A stretch of DNA of 64,000 nt, from the NCBI GenBank assembly GCA_965202665.1, contig OZ241841.1, positions 1,312,001 to 1,376,000 of the forward strand, written 5' to 3'. This DNA comes from Candidatus Spongiisociaceae bacterium. Lineage in GTDB: Bacteria > Actinomycetota > Acidimicrobiia > Spongiisociales > Spongiisociaceae. Numbering within the stretch: the first letter of the stretch is position 1; the number at the start of each line of letters is the position of its first letter. The notes below the pieces were generated by a model. It was given only the letters and a program-made list of their open reading frames with translations, was not told where the DNA came from and did no database searches. This document shows positions 1 through 8,851 of the stretch, piece after piece. Made by a program: the position numbers and the translations under genes.

Positions 1-534
1 CCCGACCGGGGCCGCCCGCAGAAACCTCGCCAGAAACTGGGCCATCTGCGCCCGGGTGACCACCTCCCCGGGGGCAAAGGCGGTGGGAGTGCGCCCCCGG
101 GCGATGCTCAGGGCGGCCAACTGGTTGACCGCCTGCGCCGTTTCGGCGGACAGATGGCCGATGTCGGTGAACCCCTGGTCGGGGGCGGAGCGCAACTCGA
201 TTCCCGCTGGGAGGGCGGCCCTTATCAGAAAGCGGGCCATCTGCGCCCGGGTAACCGTCTCCCCCGGCTCGAACCGGTCGGGACTGCGGCCCAGGGTGAT
301 CCGATAGTGGGCCAGGCAATCCACCGCCGGTTGAAAAACCCGGGGGACGTCGGTGAAACCGGCCGCTTGGGCGGCGGGTCCCACGCAGGCCGAATAAAGG
401 GGCGCATTGTCGACTTCCCCGTCGCGGGCGGACGCCGGATGGACGGGCAAGAGGGAGGTTGCCAGCAACGCGGCCGCCGACAGGCAGGCGACCCGCGCCC
501 GGGCGGCGCGCAACGACGCTGATCCGTCTTTCAC
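1..534 (-). CDS. S-layer homology (SLH) domain secreted protein, N-terminal part (runs off window edge)
   Basis: Manual translation from GTG 534: signal-peptide-like MKDGSASLRAARARVACLSAAALLATSLLPVHPASA, then two SLH repeats (GFTDV...FEPGETVTRAQMARFL; GFTDI...FAPGEVVTRAQMAQFL). Not in the ORF track because no stop lies in the window. Confidence 0.85.
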   Translation of the reverse strand, partial: MKDGSASLRAARARVACLSAAALLATSLLPVHPASARDGEVDNAPLYSACVGPAAQAAGFTDVPRVFQPAVDCLAHYRITLGRSPDRFEPGETVTRAQMARFLIRAALPAGIELRSAPDQGFTDIGHLSAETAQAVNQLAALSIARGRTPTAFAPGEVVTRAQMAQFLARFLRAAPVG

Positions 535-626
535 ATCGCCCAAGATACACTCTTTCGCCGCTGAAACGGGGCAAGCCGGGGACTCGTCGGCTAACTTTGC
601 CGCATATCGGAGCGGACGGAGGTCGT

Positions 627-1589
627 ATGCGGGCAACGGTAATCAGAAACCACGGCGGCCCGGAGGTTTTGCGAACCGAACCGGCAGAAGAACCGACGGC
701 CGGGCCGGGGCAGGCGGTGGTGAGGATAGCCGCCGCCGGGTTGAACTTCATAGACACCTATCACCGCACCGGCCTCTATCCCCGCGATCTGCCTTTCATC
801 CCCGGCATGGAGGCGGCCGGGGTGGTGGAGTCGGTCGGCCCTGATGTTTCCAACACGGCGGCGGGCGACCGGGTGGCGTGGTGCACCGCTCCCGGGGCCT
901 ACGCCGAAGCGGCGGCGGCGCCGGTGGAGTCGTTAATTCCGGTACCGGCGGAGGTGTCGTTGGAGACGGCGGCGGCGGCCGCCCTGCAGGGCCTGACCGC
1001 CCAGTACCTGGTGCGGGACACTTTCCCGCTGGGCGACGGCGACTCCTGCCTGATCCACGCCGGCGCGGGCGGAGTGGGGCTGTTGCTCACCCAAGCGGCC
1101 AAACGGCTGGGGGCGACGGTGTACGCCACGGTCGGTTCCGAGGAAAAAGCGGAGCTGTCCCGGGCGGCCGGGGCGGATCACGTGATCGTCTACACCCGGG
1201 AGGATTTTGCGGAGCGGGTGCGGGAAATCAGCGGAGAGCGCTGTTTGGATGTGGTGTACGACGGAGTGGGCCGGTCTACCCTGGCGGCCGGTCTGGACTT
1301 GTTGCGCCCCCGGGGGGTGATGGCCGCTTTCGGCAACGCCTCCGGCCCCCCCGACCCGGTGGACCCGCTGACCTTGGGCAAGGCTTCCCTGTTTCTGACC
1401 CGCCCCAGCCTGTTCCACTACGCCCGCACCCGGGAGGAACTGCTGTCCCGGGCCGAGGAGCTTTTCGAATGGATCGCCGACGGCCTGCAAGTGCGCATAG
1501 GCGCCCGCTTCCCCCTAGAACAAGCCGCCGACGCCCACCGCGCCCTAGAAGGCCGCTCCACCACCGGCAAAGTCCTAATAATCCCCTAA
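627..1589 (+). CDS. qor: NADPH:quinone oxidoreductase (zeta-crystallin/Qor family)
   Basis: GLNFIDTYHRTGLYP, HAGAGGVG, TTGKVLIIP; GGAGG precedes ATG 627. Confidence 0.9.
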   Translation: MRATVIRNHGGPEVLRTEPAEEPTAGPGQAVVRIAAAGLNFIDTYHRTGLYPRDLPFIPGMEAAGVVESVGPDVSNTAAGDRVAWCTAPGAYAEAAAAPVESLIPVPAEVSLETAAAAALQGLTAQYLVRDTFPLGDGDSCLIHAGAGGVGLLLTQAAKRLGATVYATVGSEEKAELSRAAGADHVIVYTREDFAERVREISGERCLDVVYDGVGRSTLAAGLDLLRPRGVMAAFGNASGPPDPVDPLTLGKASLFLTRPSLFHYARTREELLSRAEELFEWIADGLQVRIGARFPLEQAADAHRALEGRSTTGKVLIIP

Positions 1590-2765
1590 ACCCAAAATAA
1601 GAGATCGGTTCATACCCCAGTCGTCATCCAAGATTGACATCACCTCCTCCGCCACAAACCGCCGTTGCTTGCGGGGCCCCGGTTCCATCTCCTCCAAAAT
1701 CCTCAACTCCATCATCTTCTCCAACGCCGCCAACGCCGTCGGCGTCGACACATGGAGGCTGCCTACCACCCTGCTCGCCGTCAGTATCGGGTTGGCAAAA
1801 ATCTGATCGCATATCGCGATGGCCGTGCCGCCGCGTATGGAACTTAAAATACGCTCGCGATATGACTCCCTCATATCTATCAACTGTCTCATCCGGCCTA
1901 GGGCGTCCTCCGCCTCTCTAATAACGCCTTTCAGATAAAAACCTACCCACCCATCCAAGTCACCTTGCTGCCTGACTGAATTCAACCAAGCGATGTACTC
2001 CGGTCGCTCGTCTTCGAAATAGGAGGACAGATAGAGAAAAGGGCGTGACAATCGTTTGCGATAGATAAAGTGCAACACGATCAAAAGGCGCCCTAGTCGA
2101 CCGTTGCCGTCGTCATAGGGATGAATGGTTTCAAACTGATAGTGAAGCATACCGCTCTGTATCAAAACTGGGATATCCGAGTTGCCGGTGGCGAACCTGA
2201 TCCAGTCATCCAGCAACCTTCCCACTTCCTCGGGCGGAGGCGGTACGAACGAAGCTTCTTTGATCTTGGCGTTGGGCGGGCCGATCCAATTTTGCGTGGT
2301 GCGGACTTGTCCCGGATTTCGATTCCGGCCCCTCACGCCCGCCAACAGCACCTCATGCAAGCGACACATCATGTCCAAACCAAAAGAATTGCTTTGCTCC
2401 AAAAGCGCGACGCCGTCGGTCATGGCTCGCACATAGTTGAGGACTTCTTCGGTATCTGGACCCTGTGTAACGTCGGCCACCTCGGCTAGAAAGGACTCTC
2501 CGAGGGTGGTTAGGGTCCCTTCGATTCGCGTTGAGGACACAGCCTCCTGAAATAAGTAGGGACGAATCAGCAGGTTAGGATTGGACAACAGTCGTCCCGT
2601 TCCTTCCAAACGGCCCACCGCGGCCTCAGCCTCCGCCAACAGGCCAACGGTTCTTTTTGACAGGTCAACGGAGAGGGGCATTTCAGCGGGGAAGAAAGCT
2701 TCGTATTTTTCGCCGCCAGCAGTTTCCGCCATCCGCCGTTGGCCAAATTCTGTAGAGTGCGTCAT
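1575..2765 (-). CDS. Fic family protein (AMPylase-type) with probable C-terminal winged helix
   Basis: Fic motif HPYDDGNGRLGR; SSTRIEG inhibitory-type motif; GAGGAGG RBS; visibly lower GC than neighbours. Confidence 0.92.
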   Translation of the reverse strand: MTHSTEFGQRRMAETAGGEKYEAFFPAEMPLSVDLSKRTVGLLAEAEAAVGRLEGTGRLLSNPNLLIRPYLFQEAVSSTRIEGTLTTLGESFLAEVADVTQGPDTEEVLNYVRAMTDGVALLEQSNSFGLDMMCRLHEVLLAGVRGRNRNPGQVRTTQNWIGPPNAKIKEASFVPPPPEEVGRLLDDWIRFATGNSDIPVLIQSGMLHYQFETIHPYDDGNGRLGRLLIVLHFIYRKRLSRPFLYLSSYFEDERPEYIAWLNSVRQQGDLDGWVGFYLKGVIREAEDALGRMRQLIDMRESYRERILSSIRGGTAIAICDQIFANPILTASRVVGSLHVSTPTALAALEKMMELRILEEMEPGPRKQRRFVAEEVMSILDDDWGMNRSLILGLGDY

Positions 2766-2798
2766 ACGGCTAAATTAGCACCTCCTCAGAATAATAAA

Positions 2799-3252
2799 CC
2801 ACCATAAACCCAAAACGCCCAAACCTAAAAGACGCACCCCCACCATAAACCCAACCTAAAGGACAAACCCCCACCATAAACCCAAAACGCCCAAACCTAA
2901 AGAACGCACCCCCACCATAAACCCAACCTAAAGGACAAACCCCCACCATAAACCCAAAACGCCCAAACCTAAAGGACAAACCCCCACCATAAACCCAACC
3001 TAAAGGACAAACCCCCACCATAAACCCAAAACGCCCAAACCTAAAGAACGCACCCCCACCATAAACCCAACCTAAAGGACAAACCCCCACCATAAACCCA
3101 AAACGCCCAAACCTAAAGAACGCACCCCCACCATAAACCCAACCTAAAGGACAAACCCCCACCATAAACCCAAAACGCCCAAACCTAAAGAACGCACCCC
3201 CACCATAAACCCAACCTAAAGGACAAACCCCCACCATAAACCCAAAACGCCC
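2799..3252. repeat. Tandem array, 72-bp period (41-bp + 31-bp related subunits), 6 full units plus a partial unit
   Basis: ACCATAAACCCAAAACGCCC starts at 2801, 2873, 2945, 3017, 3089, 3161 and 3233; CCACCATAAACCCAA occurs 13 times. Confidence 0.97.
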
Positions 3253-3257
3253 TTTGC

Positions 3258-4148
3258 CTAATGGTGATTGGGGGGCCAGAGCCAGGCCGCCCCTCTTACG
3301 CCGCCTGAGTCGCCATGGCGGTTGGGCAACAATCGGTTGGCCGCCTGTTCGGAGAAAACCCACTTGCCCCATTCTTGGGGGACTCGTTCGTATAGGGCGT
3401 CGATGTTGGACAGCCCGCCTCCCAGCACAATAACCTCCGGGTCCAGGATGTTGACCACCGCCGCCAACGCCCGGGCCAGCCGTTCCGCATACAGATCCAG
3501 CACCCGGCGGGCATCCTCGTCGAACCCCACCCGCCTCATCACCTCCTCCGCGCTGCGCTCCTCCCCCGTCAGCCTCCGATACTCCCCGGCCGCCGCCGGG
3601 CCGGACAGAAAAGTCTCCACGCAGTTGGAACGTCCGCAGTAGCAGGAACGCGTCTCCCCCTGACCGGCCAGTTCGTTGTGCCCCCACTCGCCCGCAATCC
3701 GGTTGGGACCGTCCATCACCCGTCTTTCCACCACCACTCCGCCCCCCACCCCGGTTCCGAGAATCACGCCGAACACCACCCGGGCGTCCCGACCCGCCCC
3801 ATCCACCGCCTCGGACAGGGCGAAGCAGTTGGCGTCGTTTTCGATCCGCACCGGCCTTCCCAAAGCCGCCTCCAAATCCCGATGCAACGGGCGGCCGTTC
3901 AGAACCTGCGAGTTGGAGTTGCGCAACAAACCGGTGAAAGGCGAGATGGCCCCCGGAGTCCCCACCCCCACCGTGCCGGAGCCGCCCGCCCGGGACTCGG
4001 TCTCCTCCACCAGCCGGACGATGGCCTCCACCGTCGACCGGTAGTCATCCGCCGGGGTGGGAATCCGCAGGCGCGCCAACTCCTCCCCCGCCCCGTCCAA
4101 TGCCGCCGCCTCAATTTTGGTGCCCCCCAAATCCACCCCGATTCTCAT
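3258..4148 (-). CDS. ROK family sugar kinase (fructokinase Mak-like)
   Basis: IGVDLGGTK, ENDANC, GTGVGGG, GEWGH, CYCGRSNCVE. Confidence 0.92.
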   Translation of the reverse strand: MRIGVDLGGTKIEAAALDGAGEELARLRIPTPADDYRSTVEAIVRLVEETESRAGGSGTVGVGTPGAISPFTGLLRNSNSQVLNGRPLHRDLEAALGRPVRIENDANCFALSEAVDGAGRDARVVFGVILGTGVGGGVVVERRVMDGPNRIAGEWGHNELAGQGETRSCYCGRSNCVETFLSGPAAAGEYRRLTGEERSAEEVMRRVGFDEDARRVLDLYAERLARALAAVVNILDPEVIVLGGGLSNIDALYERVPQEWGKWVFSEQAANRLLPNRHGDSGGVRGAAWLWPPNHH

Positions 4149-4561
4149 CGGGAACCCGGTCGGTACACGGTCCCTCGAAACAGCCCCACTTCTTTCCCCT
4201 CCTGGTTTTCCACCGTCACCTGATACCAGCCAAAGGATCTGGTGCCCGACAATCGCTGCCCGCGAGCGGTCAGCCGGTCCCCGGGTCGGGTGGCGCGCAC
4301 ATACGAAATCTGCATGTCAACCGCCACCGCCGCCTCCTGCAATGCGTTGGCGGACAAGCCCATCACGATGTCGGCCAAAGAAATAATCACCCCCCCGTGG
4401 GTCATCCCCAAAAAGTTAACGTGTTCCTCCCGCACCGTCAGCTCGGCCGCCATCTCGCCGGGACCGGCTGAAACCAGCTTCACCCCCAGCAGTTCGGCGA
4501 ACCGGTCAGCGGCCAGCAAGGAAGGGGCGTCGCCGGATGGGGCGGCATCGGAAATGGTCAT
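4145..4561 (-). CDS. PaaI-family hotdog thioesterase
   Basis: HVNFLGMTHGGVIISLAD motif. Confidence 0.88.
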   Translation of the reverse strand: MTISDAAPSGDAPSLLAADRFAELLGVKLVSAGPGEMAAELTVREEHVNFLGMTHGGVIISLADIVMGLSANALQEAAVAVDMQISYVRATRPGDRLTARGQRLSGTRSFGWYQVTVENQEGKEVGLFRGTVYRPGSR

Positions 4562-4576
4562 GGAGGTAATCGTATT

Positions 4577-6052
4577 CTATTCCCGGCGACGCGCTGTAAA
4601 TGACCAGGCCCACAAACCGGCCGCCATCGTCATGGCCGCCACTTGCAACCAGTCCCCTCCTCGGGCGTACAAGGTCAGGCCGGCCGTCCGAATCCCCGCC
4701 CGCCCGGTCAGGACGGTGGTTTGAAACAGGCCGGTGGGGCCGGTCATCCGTCCGTCGGCGTGCGCTATGGCCGAGCGCCCGGTGACCGCGGCATGCACGA
4801 TGTCCACCCCCAACTCGGCCGCCCGCAGGCGGGTGATGTCCAAAAACTGGTCGCTGACCGGCGAAGTTCCGAAAGAGGCTTCGTTGGTGGCCACCACCAG
4901 CAACCGGGCTCCCCCCCTCACCGCCTCCCGCTCGTAGCGGGCGTAGGCGCCCTCGTAGGAGATGACCGAGGCGAACGGGATCCCGTCCAAGTCGAACCAG
5001 ACCGGCCCCTCCCCGCGGGCCATGTCCCGGGGGACCCGCGCGATGGCCGGAATCCAATCCAGCCAGGACCGCAACGGCACAAACTCGCCGAACGGCACCG
5101 GATGCCGCTTGCGGTATTCGCCCGCCAACTCCCCTTGGCGGTTGAACAGCAGGTTGACGTTGATGAAAGAACCCGGGCCGTTGTCCAAATCCCCCCCGGC
5201 CAGCAACGGCGCACCCAACCGGCGGGCCTGCTCGCCTATTTCGGCCGCGATCCGCTCGGAGCGGAGCGGATCGGCCGGGCCGCCGGTGGAGCTCTCCGCC
5301 CACACCACCAGGTCGGGGCCGGGGGCCAGGGACCTGGTCAGTTCCAAGTGGCTGCGGTAGATCATTTCCCGCTCCCCGGCGCACCGCACCATCGGACAAG
5401 GCGAGTTGCCCTGCACGATGGCCGTCGTTACGGCCGGTCCGTCGGCCGTCGCCGGCCACACCGCCCCGGCCGTAGCCAGGGCCGCGACCGCAACCGCCGC
5501 CGCCGCCGGAACGCGCCAGGAAACCCGGCTCATCGCCGCCAGGGCCGCGGTCGCGGCCGCCGCGGTCAGGATCACCGTCCAACCGGTGGCCCCCACCCAC
5601 TGGGAGGCGGCCCGCAACGGCGTGGGGCTGACGGTCAAGCCGGGCAGCCCCCAGGGAAAACCCCCCACCGGCCACCGCATCCGCAGAAACTCCATCAACG
5701 CCAACGTCCCGGCCGCGGCCAGAACGAACAGGACGGGGGGGGCTCCCCGAAACCGGTAGGCGGCCGCCGCCAAACCCAAATAGGACGCGGCCTGCAACAA
5801 CACCAGCGGGACGTAGCCGATCAGCTCCACCGGAACTATCCACCACAGCAAAGTCCCGAAGTAGGCCAAGCCGAACAGGTATCCCGACCACAACGCCGTC
5901 ACCCAACCGGGGGCGGAGGCGGCCAGCCAAATCAACAGCCCCGCCGCCAGCCAGGTCAGGAAAACCCATCGGAAAGGGGCGAACCCCAGGGCGGCGGAAC
6001 CCCCGCCCAGGGCGGCGGCGGCCAGGCGGAGGGGGACGGAGAAGCGCGGCAC
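4577..6052 (-). CDS. lnt: Apolipoprotein N-acyltransferase
   Basis: Multi-TM N-terminus, GGFPWG, VWAESS, KRHPVPFGEFVP, ISYE; start chosen at GTG 6052. Confidence 0.88.
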   Translation of the reverse strand: MPRFSVPLRLAAAALGGGSAALGFAPFRWVFLTWLAAGLLIWLAASAPGWVTALWSGYLFGLAYFGTLLWWIVPVELIGYVPLVLLQAASYLGLAAAAYRFRGAPPVLFVLAAAGTLALMEFLRMRWPVGGFPWGLPGLTVSPTPLRAASQWVGATGWTVILTAAAATAALAAMSRVSWRVPAAAAVAVAALATAGAVWPATADGPAVTTAIVQGNSPCPMVRCAGEREMIYRSHLELTRSLAPGPDLVVWAESSTGGPADPLRSERIAAEIGEQARRLGAPLLAGGDLDNGPGSFINVNLLFNRQGELAGEYRKRHPVPFGEFVPLRSWLDWIPAIARVPRDMARGEGPVWFDLDGIPFASVISYEGAYARYEREAVRGGARLLVVATNEASFGTSPVSDQFLDITRLRAAELGVDIVHAAVTGRSAIAHADGRMTGPTGLFQTTVLTGRAGIRTAGLTLYARGGDWLQVAAMTMAAGLWAWSFTARRRE

Positions 6053-6080
6053 AACCGGTTTGACCCCAGCCGACGGCGTG

Positions 6081-6827
6081 TCAGACGTCCATCGCCGCCG
6101 AAACCCGGCCGGCCGCCTCCGCCACCATCCGGGCGATGTCCTCATCGTCCTCCTCGCCGGGAAAACGATAGGACGGGCCGTGGACGTGCAAGGCCCCCAG
6201 CACCCGTTTCCGCCCGTCGTGCACGGGGGCGGCCACCGAGCTGATGCCTTCCGCGAACTCTTCCCGCACCCAGGCGTATCCGGCATCCCGAATTCCCTCC
6301 AACCGGGCCCGCAACCGCACCGGGTCGGTCACCGTAAACGGCGTGTAGCCCTCCAAACCCCGTTCCAGGTAAAGGTCAAGTTGGGCGGGCGGCCACTGGG
6401 ATAAAACCACCAAGCCGGAGGGCACCACGTGCATGGGAAGCAAAGTCCCGGTCCAATCCCGCACCGCAACGTCGTTTTGGGCGTCCTCCTGGGCGATGTA
6501 ATGAACCCGATGTCCGTCCGGCACCGCCAACCCGGCGTCCTCCCCGATCTCCCGGGACAGCATCCGCAGATGGGGCCGGGCGCGGGCGGTCAGGTTGACC
6601 GTCATTCCCCGCCCCGCCGACAGGCTGAAAACTTTGGGGCCGATCCGATAGGAGGCTTCGGACTCCGCCCGCTCCACCGCCCCCACTTCCAACAGGGTGT
6701 TCAGAATCCTCGACACCGTGCTTTTGGGCAGATCCGCCAGTTCGGCCAACTCGGTTACGCCCACCTCCGCCTGCGATATTTCGTCTAGCAACAGAAACGC
6801 CCGCTCGATCGACTGCACATAGTCCAC
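6081..6827 (-). CDS. IclR family transcriptional regulator
   Basis: VQSIERAF...LPKSTVSRIL HTH and C-terminal effector domain; GTG 6827 lies 6 nt downstream of TACAAT (leaderless). Confidence 0.92.
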   Translation of the reverse strand: MDYVQSIERAFLLLDEISQAEVGVTELAELADLPKSTVSRILNTLLEVGAVERAESEASYRIGPKVFSLSAGRGMTVNLTARARPHLRMLSREIGEDAGLAVPDGHRVHYIAQEDAQNDVAVRDWTGTLLPMHVVPSGLVVLSQWPPAQLDLYLERGLEGYTPFTVTDPVRLRARLEGIRDAGYAWVREEFAEGISSVAAPVHDGRKRVLGALHVHGPSYRFPGEEDDEDIARMVAEAAGRVSAAMDV

Positions 6828-6833
6828 CAGCCG

Positions 6834-6853
6834 ATTGTACCACATCGTGGAAC
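6834..6853 (-). promoter_or_regulatory. Extended -10 (TGnTACAAT) overlapped by the imperfect palindrome GTACCAC-ATC-GTGGAAC, candidate IclR operator
   Basis: Motifs read directly from the sequence; operator role is inferred. Confidence 0.5.
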
Positions 6854-6957
6854 TGTTCCGCTAGGCGGTTTCCGCCAGGCTGCGGCCGCGCGCCGGTCGG
6901 CGGCCTTCGACGGCGGGTAACCTTAATCAAGGCCCCCAACCCAAAGGAGAACCCGCC

Positions 6958-7680
6958 ATGTCGGTCCCCACCCCCCACATTTCGGCCCCCGAAGGGGCGT
7001 TCGCCCCCTCCGTCCTGCTCCCCGGCGACCCCCTGCGGGCCCGCCACATCGCCGAAAACTTCCTGGAAAACGCCCGGGAGGTGACGGCGGTGCGCAATAT
7101 GCTCGGCTACACCGGCTCCTACCGGGGGACCCCCGTTTCGGCTATGGGAACCGGGATGGGAGTTCCCTCGGCCGGCATTTACATAACCGAGTTGATCCGG
7201 TTCTACGGTTGCCGGCGCCTGATCCGGGTCGGTTCCTGCGGCGGCATCGACCCGGAGATCAAAATGCGGGAGGCGGTGATCGCCATGGGGGCCTGCACCG
7301 ATTCCTCAACCAACCGCGCCCGTTACAACGGCTGGGACTACGCGGCCGTCGCCGACTTTCAACTGCTGACCGGGGCGGTGGCGGCCGCCGCCCGACTGGG
7401 GGTGACCGCCGCGGTGGGCAACGTACACACCTCCGACTTGTTCTACAACCCCGACCCCCGGACTATGGAAACCTGGCGCCGGATGGGAATCGCGGCGGTG
7501 GAGATGGAAACCGCCGCCCTGTACGCCATCGCGGCGGAAGAGCGGGCCCAGGCCCTTACCATCGCCACCGTGTCCGACCATCTGGCCACCGGGGAGGCGA
7601 CCACTTCCGAGGAGCGGGAACGCACCTTCGACGACATGGTGCGGGTGGCTTTGGAAACCCTGGCCGACGCCCACCGGTGA
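6958..7680 (+). CDS. deoD: Purine nucleoside phosphorylase DeoD
   Basis: TPHISA, LLPGDPLRA, GMGVPSAGIY, IRVGSCG, VEMETA. Confidence 0.95.
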   Translation: MSVPTPHISAPEGAFAPSVLLPGDPLRARHIAENFLENAREVTAVRNMLGYTGSYRGTPVSAMGTGMGVPSAGIYITELIRFYGCRRLIRVGSCGGIDPEIKMREAVIAMGACTDSSTNRARYNGWDYAAVADFQLLTGAVAAAARLGVTAAVGNVHTSDLFYNPDPRTMETWRRMGIAAVEMETAALYAIAAEERAQALTIATVSDHLATGEATTSEERERTFDDMVRVALETLADAHR

Positions 7681-7739
7681 AACTTGTCGCACCCCCTCCC
7701 TACCATAAGGCCGGACATATCGCATAAGGAGGAAACCCG

Positions 7740-8210
7740 ATGGCCCTGACCGTCTTCCATTTCGACCATGTATATCTGGAATACGAGGGGGAGCGTCCGA
7801 CGGCGGTTCCGGAAGTCACCGACGAGGGGGAGGAGATGTTCGTGGCGAAACCGAACGATGTCATCTGCGTGGACGCCGAAACCGCCCACCTGTTGCTGGA
7901 AAAAGACGGATGGCGGGCCTCCAACGTGGTCCAGTTGATGATCGACAAACTGGGCCGGGCGGCCTCGGCGATGGGGAAAAACGTGGAGGAGGCGCTGGGC
8001 GTGGCCGAGTCGGCGCTGGAGGTATTCGCGGCGGATGTGACCCGAGGACGGTTGAACCGGCGCCGACTACGCGCGGCCACCGACCGAATGGTACGGGAAA
8101 TGGCCCGCTCTTCGGGAATGCTCAGCCGGGCCAACGCCGAAGTGGAGACGGCGGTGGAGGAGATCAACAATTGGCATCCCCCGCTCGGCGACCGGCGGAC
8201 GGCTACCTGA
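7740..8210 (+). CDS. Hypothetical protein
   Basis: AGGAGG RBS, 156 aa with a coding-like composition; no family recognised. Confidence 0.7.
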   Translation: MALTVFHFDHVYLEYEGERPTAVPEVTDEGEEMFVAKPNDVICVDAETAHLLLEKDGWRASNVVQLMIDKLGRAASAMGKNVEEALGVAESALEVFAADVTRGRLNRRRLRAATDRMVREMARSSGMLSRANAEVETAVEEINNWHPPLGDRRTAT

Positions 8211-8361
8211 ACAGTTTGCGCAACAGCCGCCCGGCTGCCCGGCCCGTCGCCCGTCGGGCCACCCGTTTTCCCACCGTGCCCCGTTGCGCCGCGTTGGCGT
8301 CCCCCAGCAAACGGGATATTTTGTAGAGGAGGGAGCGGGTTTTGTTAATGGACATGACGGC

Positions 8362-8811
8362 TCAGGCCCCCCACTTGAGGACCATGGCCAGGATGGTGAA
8401 CGCCACCAGCCCCGCATCCATCCAACCCGCCCAGGCGATGCGGGCGGCCGCCTCCCGCCCCGCCGGACGGTCCCCCCGTTGGTAGGCGGAGGCGGCCAGC
8501 CTCCCCGCCGGCCCGAACACGGCCATTCCCAACGCGGCGCCCGCGACCGTCATCAGAATCCCGATTATCACAAACAGGTCGGTCATGGAATAAACCTCGC
8601 TTTGCAACCCGATCAGGCCGAACCCGGTTATGAACAGCAACACGGCGGCGGGCATTTGCACCACCCGGGCCAGGTTGACGGTGAAACCGAACCAAGCGGC
8701 CGCGGCCGCATTGTCCGCCCGCATGGCGCGACCGCCCAAGTTGCGGACCAGGGCGGCCCCGAACCAGGCCGCGGCGGACAAGATGTGAATGAAATAGAGA
8801 AACTCGGTCAC
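8362..8811 (-). CDS. 4-TM membrane protein (DUF2269-like)
   Basis: FIHILSAAAWFG N-terminus and LAMVLKWG C-terminus. Confidence 0.7.
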   Translation of the reverse strand: MTEFLYFIHILSAAAWFGAALVRNLGGRAMRADNAAAAAWFGFTVNLARVVQMPAAVLLFITGFGLIGLQSEVYSMTDLFVIIGILMTVAGAALGMAVFGPAGRLAASAYQRGDRPAGREAAARIAWAGWMDAGLVAFTILAMVLKWGA

Positions 8812-8851
8812 CGGCCGCCTTTCCAGTCTGAACCTTTGCCGGAAACCCAGC

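Noticed and set aside
2799-3252. CRISPR array
   Set aside because: The intervening sequences are not unique spacers, the repeats are not palindromic, and no cas genes are present.
3238-3687. 5' part of ORF 2770..3687 as a real gene
   Set aside because: It overlaps the well-supported ROK kinase in another frame.
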